DNA of 64,000 bases from Gnetum montanum (taxonomy: Eukaryota > Plantae > Gnetophyta). The translations under genes were made by a program, and so were the position numbers. The DNA lies in contig MNCI01003132.1 in assembly GCA_015680685.1 (NCBI GenBank), forward strand, positions 98,380 through 162,379, read 5' to 3'. How positions within the stretch are numbered: the first letter of the stretch is position 1; each line of letters begins with the position of its first letter. This document shows positions 53,214 to 64,000 of this stretch, one piece after another. The notes below the pieces were generated by a model that was not told the DNA's origin, made no database searches, and saw nothing but the letters and a program-made list of their open reading frames with translations.

Positions 53214-53849
53214 TTGTTTTTCTGAAGGGGGAGAGGCGTCTAAATTGCCTAATTCTTCTCATTCGTTTGATTTTGATGTTTGTTATTTTAATAACATGAA
53301 TAGTTGTCCTTCTTCATCTTCATCTCATAGTCATTGTCAGAAAGAAAAAAATCCTTTAAAAATATTTCTTCAGCCCAAAAAAGACCCAACCGACATTGAA
53401 ATAGAAAATTAGGTTATTTTCTTAAAAAGTAAATTAAAAAGAACACCTATAAAAAACATCTCTAAGTATATGGTTGTAAAAAAACAACTAAAAGAAAACA
53501 CAAAAGAACTAAAGTTACACTAAAGACACTTAAAAGAAAGACAAGTTTTTCTAAATGCTCAACCATAAGCTTCAATAGATAAAGACATTGAAGAATTAGA
53601 AAAAATTTTAGAAAAGGAAGATACCCCTTTTGAACATTCTTTAGAAAAAGAACCTAGATAGCTCCAACCTGAGTTAACAAGATCCATGTGGAGAAAACAT
53701 AGGATCCAACAATTAAAAATCTTTATGGAATTAGCATCTAAAGAAATTCAAGAGATAACCTTAGAAGAGGATAGTGAACAAATACTTCAGTATGAAGAGG
53801 AAACTAGTAAAATAGCCTTACCTATAAATATATTAAATGAAAATAAAAT

Positions 53850-55697
53850 ACAAAAAGCCATTGTTCTGATGTTTTGATTCTTAATTAAGTTACCTTTTTT
53901 TAAAGCATATCTAGTATATGTTTTACTACACAATAAAGCAGAAATATCATTAGGAAGACCTGATATTTTACCTTCATTTTTATGGAAGCTTAGAAGAACA
54001 TTACATGTTTCCTTTAACACGTAAAAACATTCCATAGAATTTGAAGGAGACCTTCTTATATTAGCTCTAGATAATTCCATAATATTATTTAAAATATTTC
54101 AATTAGATCTTTCTTCTTATGATCTTTTGATAGGTATAAATAATCTTAGTCTCTTTGAGCATTATACCATAACTAGTACTACTATAATTTTAAAAACCTT
54201 CCAATATTCATGTTTATCACAAAATAAAATAAGGTTTGAAACTATAGTACCTCCAAAAATAGGTAGTACCAAATGGATAGTTAACCAAGTAAGTAAGAAA
54301 GATGAGAAATTTATGAAAATAAAAGAAAAACTCCCAGAAGTAGCATCCAATGATCCATCGGCTTTCTGACGAAAAAAAATAGCAATGGTGTCATATTGAT
54401 TTAAAAGACAATATTAAAATTAAAGAAAAAGTGCACCACATAGAAATGTCACTTGAGTTGAAAAAAGAATGTGACATAGAAATAAATTAACTTTTGCAGA
54501 AAGGATTAATTTAGCCTAGCACAAGCATGTTCTCTTATGCCAACTTTTATGTAAATAAAAGGATAGAGCAAATTAAAGGTAAAAAGAAATTAGTTATTAA
54601 CTATAGACCTATAAACAACTTAATTAAATGCAAGCAACATCCAATCCCTAGGAAGGAAAATTTATTTCAAAAATTACCAAACACACACATCTACTCCAAA
54701 TTCAATTTAAAATCTAGTTTTTGGTAAATTCAGGTGTACCCATAGGATTAGTGGAAAATCACTTTCACTATTCTAGGCGACTTGTATGAATGCATTGTCT
54801 TGCCTTTTTGCATTAAAACAACTCCTTCCATTTTTTAACAAACAATGGATAAAATTTTCTCCTGTTTTTCATTTATTATAGTATATATTGATGATATTTT
54901 AATAATGAGTAAAGATGTTACTCAACATCTAGAGCATCTTGAATAGTTTTTCCAATTGGTAGACAAGAATGGATTAGTACTCTTATTGACAAAAATGAAA
55001 ATAGTGCAAGAAAAGACTGAATTCCTTGAGTTAGAAATTATCCATGGAAAAGTTATGCTTTAATCTCATGTCCCTGAAGAAATTTCTAAGTTCCTTGATG
55101 AATTAATAGAAAAAAAAATTACAACGCTTCTTAGGTAGTGTTAATTATGTGCCCAGATTTTACAAAGATTTAGCCAGAGATTGTAAGTTACTAAATGAAC
55201 AACTTAGTAACAACGTTGTAACAAGGACTATCCAACACATAGACATAGTAAGAAGAATTAAAGCACATTGTAAAACCCTACCTTAGCTATGACTACAAAT
55301 AGATGAAGCTCTAATAATAGAAATTAACGCATTTGATGAATATTGGGGAGCAGTGTTAAAAGAGGATAAAAATGGAATAATTTACATTTGCAGGTATGGT
55401 TCTAGTAAGTTATCACAAAATCAAAAGAACTATCATACTATACATAAAGAGCTACTAGCTATCGTCAAAGGAATTAAAACCTTTAGAATTTTCTTACAAG
55501 AAAAAGAATTCATTATAAGAAGTGAATTAAAGCACTTTGACAAATATTTGCAAGTTTCGAATTTTAATAAGGTTGCACACACTTGTTTAATAAGATGGTC
55601 TTCATTTTTTGCTAATTTTAGTTTTAAAATACAATATATTAGTAGTGAGAATAATAATTTAGTAGATTTCCTAACAAGAGAGTTTCATCTCTTTTGA
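53850..55697 (+). pseudogene. Viral AP-RT-RNase H
   Basis: YDLLIG; EQIKGKKKLVINYRPIN; IYSKFNLKSSFW; VYIDDIL (54884); ICRYGSSKL...NYHTIHKELLAIVKGIKTFRIFL...NNLVDFLTRE. Confidence 0.92.
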
Positions 55698-55725
55698 GTA
55701 CTAATCTTTGTTTGAGTTTGTAAAT

Positions 55726-56599
55726 ATGTTTATAGGTTTGTTTAAACTAAAGGGTTGGACTTTTCGATATTCCATGAGAATTAGCAGTTTCCAAACCAAT
55801 GAAACATACATGCCAATTCTTGAGCAACACCAAGTCCAACTCTAGCATTCCAAAAAGTGGCTAAATTTCATAGAAACCTCCAGAGCTTTTAGCCCTTATT
55901 ATACAATTGCATAAACCATTTTAACAGCTTTTGATGAAAGAAGACACCCACAAGAATGGTTGTCTTTAACTAATGATGACTTACCCCCTTACCTTCACCT
56001 TTCAACCTTTGTAAAAATTCAACTTATGGATTTTGAAGAACTATTTGACGATAGATCCTTGCCATATACACACTATTGAAATAAATCCCATAGCTACACT
56101 AGACTCTCAAAACCATGCATTCTGGTCATGGTGGTCCAGATATGGTCATTCTCCTAGGTATGCAATTCCAAACTATCCAAGAAGCCTTTACCATCAATTA
56201 TCCAATCATCGAGGTGATTTTCTTTACTACAAAAATTAGAAATCCTGTGGCTAGAATTTCATCAACCAAGTTCATACACCTCTCTATTGTTTGAGTACCT
56301 GTATCTCAAGAAGGCTTGATCAAGAAGCTCTATGGGGATACACTTTTTACCAAAATGTTTACACTAGTAATCCCTATGACATTCAATACCATTATTGTCA
56401 AAATGGGATTATAACTCAAACCTTAGAACTATTCAACTTGGATTCCAAAGTTGCCAAATTTTGATAAAATGGTGGGTATGAGCATCTTGTCCATCTAGTA
56501 GGCTGGTAAGAAAATTAGGAATTATATCCAGATTCTTCCGATAGTTCAAAGAGTGGAGAATCTCCTAGTCATAATGATGACCCAGCTAATACTCCTTAA
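55726..56599 (+). pseudogene. Viral ORF2, plus-strand copy
   Basis: MFIGLF...LPPYLHLSTFV...HAFWSWWSRYGHSPRY...PANTP*; small frameshifting deletion near 56050. Confidence 0.7.
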
Positions 56600-56619
56600 T
56601 GTCTCCCTATAAAGGCCCC

Positions 56620-56911
56620 CTCTATCTTTTACTTTTTTGAAGAGTCAGTCTTGTAGTTACTTTACCTTCTCATTTCTTAAAGAGTCAGTCTTTTACTTTT
56701 TTGAAGGGTCACTCTACTATATTAGATAAGAAAGAATCTGTTCCTTCTTATCCCTCAAAGTCTCGAGACATGCCTCCTCTCTTATAAAAGGGTATTATGT
56801 ACATACCTTAGAGGTATCAGACAAAGAAACAAGAAGAGCAGCATAGTGCACCTTCTAAGCATTCTTGTCTAAGCATCCCTAAGGATTTGTAATAAGTTTG
56901 TGTGCAATAAA
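56620..56911 (+). promoter_or_regulatory. Viral pregenomic promoter and polyadenylation signal
   Basis: Repeated AAGAGTCAGTC modules, TATAAAAG at 56783-56790, AATAAA at 56906-56911. Confidence 0.75.
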
Positions 56912-56966
56912 AATTTGCTTGCTTTCATTTTCTAATCTTGAGTGCTGAAATTCTCACATAGAAAAA

Positions 56967-56979
56967 TGGTATTGGAGCC
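56967..56979 (+). other. Viral minus-strand primer binding site (tRNA-iMet)
   Basis: TGGTATTGGAGCC versus canonical TGGTATCAGAGCC, located between the polyA signal and MP. Confidence 0.85.
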
Positions 56980-57179
56980 AATGTGTTGAACATTTTGTTA
57001 TGCTTTGAATATCATTGTATGAGGTTCTGAGTGAATAGAGGAAGTGATTATACACCATCATCTTGAAGTTCTACTTGCTTAGATTACCAAATAGCATCAG
57101 TCACGTAGCAAGGCCCGATAGACAATGGCGAAGTAGGTCATGCAAAAAGAGGTAATTCTAATATCATCCTTCAACATCA

Positions 57180-57929
57180 ATGGAAAACACCCATACTCTT
57201 TCAGGTTCCTCTTGCTCTAACTCTTATATTAAGCATTTAGTGTTGTTTTGTCAACATTCGAATTTCTCCACTTCATTACCTATTCCAAAATGCTCTAAAA
57301 TTTATGATTTGAAAAGCTTTTCATTCTTTGAAACCTACAAGGAATTATATCTTTCTGAATGTGATCTTGAAATTTTGGGTACTAATTTTCACCCTATTTC
57401 CTTAACAATTTTTTCACTAGGGGAGGTTGCACAATGGATTCAAAAAAGTTACAAATACAACCACATAGCTAAACTTTCAATCCACATACAACCTCACTTT
57501 AACTATAGGCTGCAAAATCCCTAGTAGATTTCTCTTATTGACAAAAGGTTTAAGAATTGTAGAGATGCTATAATTACTCAAGCCAAAGGTAAATTAGCAA
57601 CTAATGCTCTTGTAATTGTTGTTATGAGTTTCACCTTATCCCTCCATGATGCAAACTTATATAAAAGCTTAATGCTTATAGCCTATATTCTAGTAAACAT
57701 GGAAGAAAAAAGTAGTTATGCAACTATAGGAAATTACTTATGTTTTAAGCTATTTGATTCAACAAGTATTAGACCTTTATTGCCCTTAGGAGAACAAGAT
57801 TTACAAGTTGGTTCTACAAACATTGAATATGGGGTAAGTATTAAGATAGAAGAACTCCCAATTCACACCCAGTATCCTAACTTAATAGATCTCCAAGATA
57901 AATATTATGAATACCTTAAACCTTCTTGA
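57180..57929 (+). pseudogene. Viral 30K-superfamily movement protein domain
   Basis: KYNHIAKLSIHIQPHF; D-motif SLIDKRFKNCRDAII; FTLSLHDANLYKSLML. Confidence 0.8.
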
Positions 57930-58859
57930 ACTCATTTAAAAAGAAGGTACCAAGTCTAGTTAAATCCTCTAAGATTTACAGATTAGGATCCCTTTCAAGT
58001 CTATTCATCCTCCTATTCAATCTTACCACCTTTACTTGGTGTTAATTCACAACCTCATGAAGACCTATCCTGATTAGATATTATTGAAAAATAAAATACA
58101 GTAGCAAATCTAGTAAAAATATTTCATGAATTAGGCATCAAAATACTAGTAGAAACAATTTTAGGAGAGATTCCCACTTTACCTAAATAAAGAGGGAAAG
58201 CCAAAATAGAAGAATGTAGTTCTTCAAAAAATGATTCTAATTTTGAGGAAGCATCTTCAACTGATCCTTCTTACAAACATCTACAAGTACAAAAAATATA
58301 TTATTAGTATCACTATAAGGAGTGTGACACTTTCCTTAAAATAAACACCAACAAAGTAGATGAAGAAGTAGAAAAACTGATTAAACAACTAGAACACAAA
58401 CCACTAATAAAAGAAATAGAAAGAACTAGAGAATATATTGATAAAAGAAAGCTTATCAAAGAACAAAAAGAACTAGCAGATATTATTAAACTAGAAAATT
58501 GGGCTAATATACATATGGACCAATTAGTAGGAGAAAGTCAAAAACATACATCTAGTTTAGCTTTTCTAGAAAATGAGGTAAAACAAATAAGAGAAGTTTG
58601 GGTTCCTAAAGGAACAAGATCAAATTCTTCTTGGCTTAAATGAACTGATTATATTCCTTTTACTAGATCTTCGCCACACATAGGTACATCCCATAGAACA
58701 ATATGTAGAAGAACACAAAAGGAATTAGCTAAGAAAAAAGGAAAATGTTTAGCCATTAATGCTAATACAACTATATATGTATATTCTAACTCCTCTTTAA
58801 CTGTCCAAGAGTCTAAATCCTCTTATGACACAAAAGAAGAGTTGCTAATAAAGAAAACT

Positions 58860-59790
58860 ATGATAGGATACCAAGAAGACCCCATAGATTTTTTAGGAAT
58901 TCAAATTAGAAAATTTGGTGATAAACATCCAAAATTTAATATGGATTAGAAATATTTAAAAGGTCATCAAGATACCATAGATGCTATTCAAGGATATCTA
59001 GATGTTCAAATTTACCTAGAAAAGAAAGAATCAAAATTAGCTATCTTTAATGCCACATATAACTTTAGAGGCATTCTACGAAGATGGTGGAATCATGTTC
59101 CTTCAAGTATTAAAAGAAAATTAACTTCTGCTCCTACGATTATATTTTTAAATGCAATGATTAAATAATTCTTTGGAAATAAGGCCAATCTTTATCATGT
59201 TTATTGCAATTGATTCTTTAAATCTAGGCTATCTAGAATTCAAGATTTACATATGTTTCTTGATGAAATGGAACAATTGTACTACTTTGGTAAATTCATA
59301 CATGAAATAGATGCTAAAGAAAACTTATTAGGATGTTTACCATAGGCTTTCTACAATAAATATCATGCAAAATTAAAAAGAAAAAATTTAAATTTAGGAG
59401 AAATGAGTTTCGGTGCTATACGACAATTTCTAACAGATGTAAATAGAGAACTCTATTACAATCAGGAGGTCCAAAACTTAGTTAGAGATCTAAGTCATAA
59501 ATTAGGAAAAAGCCTTTATTTAAAACTCTATTTGGAAGAAAAAATTAAAAACTCAGAAAAAGATTGTGCTTCCTGTTCTTGTAAAAATAGGTCTACTAAA
59601 CCTAGATAAGCATATAAACCATGAAATCAGCAATGGAAAAGAAGGTATAACCCGCAACCCTCAAAAAATTTTTGAGGACTGTTTAAACGTCATTTTAAGA
59701 AATTACCATAGAAAGGTGTTAAATGCTTTATGTGCAATGGACCCCACTTCTCAAACCAATGTCTTCAAAAGAATCAACATCCGAAAAAGG
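58860..59790 (+). pseudogene. Viral coat protein domain with zinc knuckle
   Basis: NFRGILRRWW motif; basic region; KCFMCNGPHFSNQC at 59721-59762. Confidence 0.75.
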
Positions 59791-59992
59791 TGAATTTCCT
59801 TTAGAAATACAATGTCTTAGAGTAATATTTTGACCATATCTCCAATGAACATGTTCCATTTACACATGGAGACATTATTCTTGAAACCTTCGATGAATAT
59901 TCTGATGAGTCACCTATCATCAATCAATAATCCCATAGCTTCCCAAATTTGTAAAGAACTTGATAACAAGTTTTCATTCAATCATGAGGGTA

Positions 59993-60484
59993 TGATGAAT
60001 CATAGATTGGCTATGTTGACTGGGCATCATCAACTAGGCCCCATCGATGTAGTGTTCATTTTTGCCTATAAATACATGCTCTCCTACCATGTTTATGGCA
60101 TGTCTTGTCATAATTGTAGCAAAGCTCTTGTAGTTTTGTTATTTAGAAATTAGAATAGTTTTCTAAGTGCCCAAAGTAGGAGTCAAGAGTGTACAAATCT
60201 TTATTCAAGCACTGTAGTACCTGAGCATAGTAGTGTGTGCAAAAATAAATACAAGCTTTTTAATAACCTTGTAGCACTTAGAAATAGATTAATTATTTAT
60301 TCACACATTTAATGTTTTATGCAATTTCCCTTAATTCTTTAAGTAATTAGGTAATTAATTAGGCTAAACTAAGCTAGATTAAGTTGTGATTAATTGAGCA
60401 CATACATATGACCACTTCGAGCATATGCTTGGTGCTTGGTAATCCTAGTAACACTTAACATTTGGTAACCTAGTAGTGCTAAAT
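59993..60484 (+). repeat. 3' LTR of element B (truncated by N gap at 60485)
   Basis: TGATGAATCATAGATTGG start preceded by the PPT; colinear with 23732-24258. Confidence 0.9.
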
Positions 60485-60486
60485 NT

Positions 60487-63400
60487 TGATGAAGTCAAAT
60501 TTTGATGAGTAATGATATTGCAACAATGATATTGTGTATATGATATCATAGCACATGCTATGTCATCATAGATATAATATATCGGGATGTTTACAACCTT
60601 ATAAATACAATACTTAGATGCACAGTTTGCATAACTTTTTAGTCCATAGTAACTAGACTCTATTAATTTGATTTCGTAACTTAGTGATAGAAGTGTATGC
60701 TCGTAGTTTGGTGTTAGACAGTGAATGGTGTCTTTATTTGAACAGATTATACTTGGATGTAATTTATGCATGACAATAAAGATTGAGCTAAATCAATGTA
60801 GCATCACTTAGTTTACTCTTTGTTTACTTAGAATAATTTTCCATGTTTTCTTAGTTAGCACTTTACCTTTTTGAAGTACTTACTTTACACATGCACTTAG
60901 TACATCAACATGGGTACAACTAGTTCTTTACATTAAGTATGGTTGTTTGGTAATCCTAGTAGTGATGCTATTTGATTCACTCAATGATAACTTCACTTGG
61001 TAACGCAGTGGCAATTGCATAAGTTCAAGACATGATTGGAGAACCAGGAATGGATACCTACTACTTAGGATAAAATAGATATACTAAATTGCTATTCATT
61101 AGACTTAGAAATTATTTTCACTTCATCATGTTCGCTAGGAGTAATAATGGCCAAATAATATTAGATATCATATACCTCATGGTGAGCTAAATCATACACA
61201 TAGACTTTACTAGCTCCACATGGGAAGATAAAAGTCTCAAACTTAAACCAATTACTAGCATATTAACATTATCTCATTCACAGATTACAATTAGGTTGCA
61301 CGTGAACACCCATAACTTGTATGGTTGGGTGTTGGATTGTTGCACCACTCATCATTGGCATCATTGTTAGGAATGTGTCAATGTATGTTGAATAATTGAT
61401 TTTATAAAGTTTGTTGTATTAGGAAACCTTAATAATTCTAAACACTGTAGAAAACTTAACCAAATGTCTAAAAATCATAAGATGGCTTCAATCAAATATA
61501 AATCACCACCTACCAAAGAATCAAACAAAGAAAATGATAGAATTAGTGAAGAAGAAGAATGGAGTATGCTAATGAGAGCAAGGGTTTCATATGCTCATCA
61601 TGCTCCTTACTATCCCAATTTTTCTTTCATCTTTGAACAATACAAGAAACTAAGGTGGAGAGATCTTCAAGGTAACATTATTCTACCTTTAGAGTGCTCA
61701 ACATCCATCATGATTCAAATAGCACTAAGGGACATGAATCTAAGTAATGCACTTGACAGGTATTATGTGATCAAACACATGACAAGGCCCTATCAACCCA
61801 CTGAGGAGCATGTGAAAAGAGATGTTACCATGGAGATTAAACATGTTCTTAATAAGGAAAAGAAAATCAAATCTCCTATTATATTAGAAGAGCTTAATGG
61901 TGATGTATTCATCACTGAAGAACTCCACCAGAATCATGAAGTGCATTCACAAACACCTATCATCCCATTGGAGGAACTTGTCAAAGTGCAATTACATTTT
62001 GCCTTAGTAGAGACACCCATAAGGGAGGCAACAGGCTCAAAGAAGGACTCAAGGATAAGAGTTTTTGTTAGATCCTACAAAGAAGAATAATAGAGTCATA
62101 GAAGAAGGACAAGCTAGCACCATTCTCCCATTACCTCATGTTCATCTTCATAATCATCAATGGACTCTGATAGGAGGAGATAGAGATATCGAGACCATGA
62201 TATGGAGGAAAGAAGGACTTGTGCTCACCATGACTATCACTTGAGGCACTCTAATGAAGAGGATGAAGACTATGAATAAAGAAGATGCATGGATAGGAGA
62301 GAAGATAGAGAAAGGCATGAGCACCAAAAGGGGTACCACTACAATAGAGCTCATGAACCAGATTATGATGATGAATCCCTATTGGCTACTCAAAGTATGA
62401 TTAACATCAAGGAAGGTGTTTATATCCCAACCAGGCATGTAAGGGATAGTCATATCAAGTGACTTGACATGAAAAATATGTCTAGATTACATGGAATGAT
62501 AATCAAAAAACTAAATCACTAAGGATGGTAAGTGAGAAACCTCAAGTTTACAATCTAGGGGAACTAGAGTATATCTTCCAAACACTTGCCCATAAGTTTA
62601 GTCATGGGAGAGATGCCTTACCATGATCTAGGAATTAATAAGGGTTTTTTAATTTTTTGTCTTACAATTCTTTTTTTTTTATCATTTCTTGTTATACTTT
62701 CCCATATTTCTTACTAATTTTCATATTCTTTGATATCTTCTCATTCTTTTATACTTTTTCATTTCTTAAATTTTTACTATTCTTGAAAATTTTTCCATTT
62801 TTTAATGATTTTTCATTCTTTTCATCTTTTCATTTTTACTATATTTTACAATCTTTCATACCTCATTTCCATTTTACTTGTACATATTTTTGTTCAATCA
62901 TTAATAAAACACCATGAATAACATAAGATATAGTCTCAAATAAGGTGATGATTTTTGCATGTTATTGAGTCATAAGGAATTGATTGTTTGTACAGTGAAA
63001 CCACAACATCCATCCATGCATTCCAATCATAAGAATCTCTTACAATGGACATAATGATATTCTTTCTCATCATAAAACTAAGAATAAACTTCTAATCAGT
63101 ATAGCTAGATAGAAAAGAAAAGAATGAAGTAGGAATGTCAAGGGTGTGGCATCAAGGGGATTTTTGGAATCACTTAGACCACTACTGTATGTTCTATCAT
63201 GTTTCCAAGGTTGTAATTATATTCTTGTAGATCTAATGAAAAATGGAAGTAAAATTTCAATAAGTGCTACCTTACCATGTCATTGGAAAGACATGTTACC
63301 CATGCATGAAGGTAGTCCTTTGGTAAGGATGACACATATAAAAATAAAACTCAGGGGTTCCACTAGAAAGACATGTTACTCATGCTTAAAGGTAGGTGAA

Positions 63401-64000
63401 TTCTTAAAAATTTCAAAGAAAATATAATAAAGTGAAACAAATAAGCTTCTCCCTTGGACAAAATGCCAAGTGATGATACTTCTTACAACTATGGTAATCT
63501 TATGGTTGTGAATTTGAGAGGTGAAGTAATGCAATGTCACTAGATAGTGGTTTGGACTTGGTTTGGAGCTTAGATAGAAAGGCCAAGGATTATTTTAACC
63601 ATTAATAAAAGACAAGAATTCATTATGCTTATGGTAAGACACTTCATGTCTCGATATCAACAATCTTAACTTATGGTTTTGTATAATATAGTGTAATTTT
63701 CCCAACTTGGTACTACTAACATATGTGTTTTGCTAGATAGGTATGGACTACATTCAACTCCTTAAGTGCCAAAGAACACTTTGAGGCATGGTTATGTAAG
63801 GGCACTAAGGGCTGAAGCTTGCAATCCCACATCATTTTGAGCCTTCCAAGAATAATAAATGTTAATACATACTTCCCTTAACATCCAATACCTTCATTTT
63901 AAGCCAATAATTCATTTCCTTTCTCATCCATCTTAAACACACTTACTATATTTTCATAGCCTGAGATTCCTTTATCATAGACTTTCAATGCTTGTTTTTT
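60487..64000 (+). mobile_element. Third Athila-like element (element D), 5' part, pol-less
   Basis: LTR 60487-61354 (TGATGAAG...ACTCATCA); PBS TTGGCATCATTGTTAGGAAT at 61355-61374; gag N-terminus up to ~62500; then non-coding sequence homologous to the post-gag UTR of element A (AGGGTGTGGCATCAA, ATGATATTCTT.TCATCAT). Confidence 0.8.
61464..62090 (+). CDS. Open N-terminal extension of Gag in element D (208 aa), probably pseudogenic
   Basis: Starts ~90 nt after the PBS. FSFI...LRWRDLQGNIILPL matches element B FTFI...L*W*DMEGNIVMPL. Leads to the gag motif LDMKN at ~62465. Confidence 0.6.
   Translation: MSKNHKMASIKYKSPPTKESNKENDRISEEEEWSMLMRARVSYAHHAPYYPNFSFIFEQYKKLRWRDLQGNIILPLECSTSIMIQIALRDMNLSNALDRYYVIKHMTRPYQPTEEHVKRDVTMEIKHVLNKEKKIKSPIILEELNGDVFITEELHQNHEVHSQTPIIPLEELVKVQLHFALVETPIREATGSKKDSRIRVFVRSYKEE

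Larger units (their letters stand above)
53212..59914 (+). mobile_element. Endogenous caulimovirid, essentially complete circularly permuted genome (~6.7 kb)
   Basis: Order is AP-RT-RH-ORF2-TATA-polyA-PBS(Met)-MP-CP-Zn knuckle. The end (GAGTCACC 59914) and start (GCTTGTTTT 53212) are contiguous in the inverted copy (GAGTCACC-A-GCTTGTTTT). Confidence 0.9.
23732..60484 (+). mobile_element. Athila-like Ty3/gypsy LTR retrotransposon (element B) carrying nested insertions
   Basis: 5' LTR 23732-24604; PBS TTGGTGCTATTTCTAGGGAT at 24605-24624; gag-PR-RT-RH-INT remnants; accessory ORF. It resumes at 48786 and again at 59915, with PPT ...CATGAGGGTA and a matching 3' LTR from 59993 that is cut by the N gap. 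Confidence 0.85.

Noticed and set aside
60440-60780. ORF and apparent LTR chimera across 60485
   Set aside because: Spans an assembly gap; the two sides belong to different LTR families.
62657-62917. Phe-rich ORF resembling a membrane protein
   Set aside because: Translation of a T-rich retrotransposon UTR.

Overview
This is plant nuclear DNA, AT-rich and heavily decayed by C>T/G>A changes. It is almost entirely nested, degenerate mobile elements, and I found no intact host protein-coding gene. From left to right: (1) tRNA-derived repeats. (2) An Athila-like Ty3/gypsy element on the minus strand (2884-11747) with both LTRs and a perfect ACAAT target-site duplication (TSD); it lacks pol but keeps gag and a large accessory ORF. 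(3) A CpG-rich DUF247/UPF0481 pseudogene fragment. (4) A near full-length L1-clade LINE. (5) A second Athila-like element on the plus strand (5' LTR 23732, 3' LTR from 59993). It hosts a Tat-type element with PR-aRH-RT order (34597-48780), which is itself split by a chromovirus-like solo LTR (39575-42257). It also hosts an ~11 kb endogenous caulimovirid locus (48973-59914), made of a partial inverted copy, a short promoter/R fragment and one essentially complete, circularly permuted ~6.7 kb genome. (6) After an assembly gap, a third pol-less Athila-like element. The most interesting signals are the reconstructable pararetrovirus (HNxA at the protease active site, CX2CX3HX4C knuckle, orphan ORF2, junctions beside the PBS and a purine tract) and the ~930-codon retrotransposon accessory gene, whose internal promoter carries the same element-specific repeats as its own LTR. 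The PR-aRH-RT order suggests a gymnosperm or lycophyte host (inference). All alignments and translations were done by eye.
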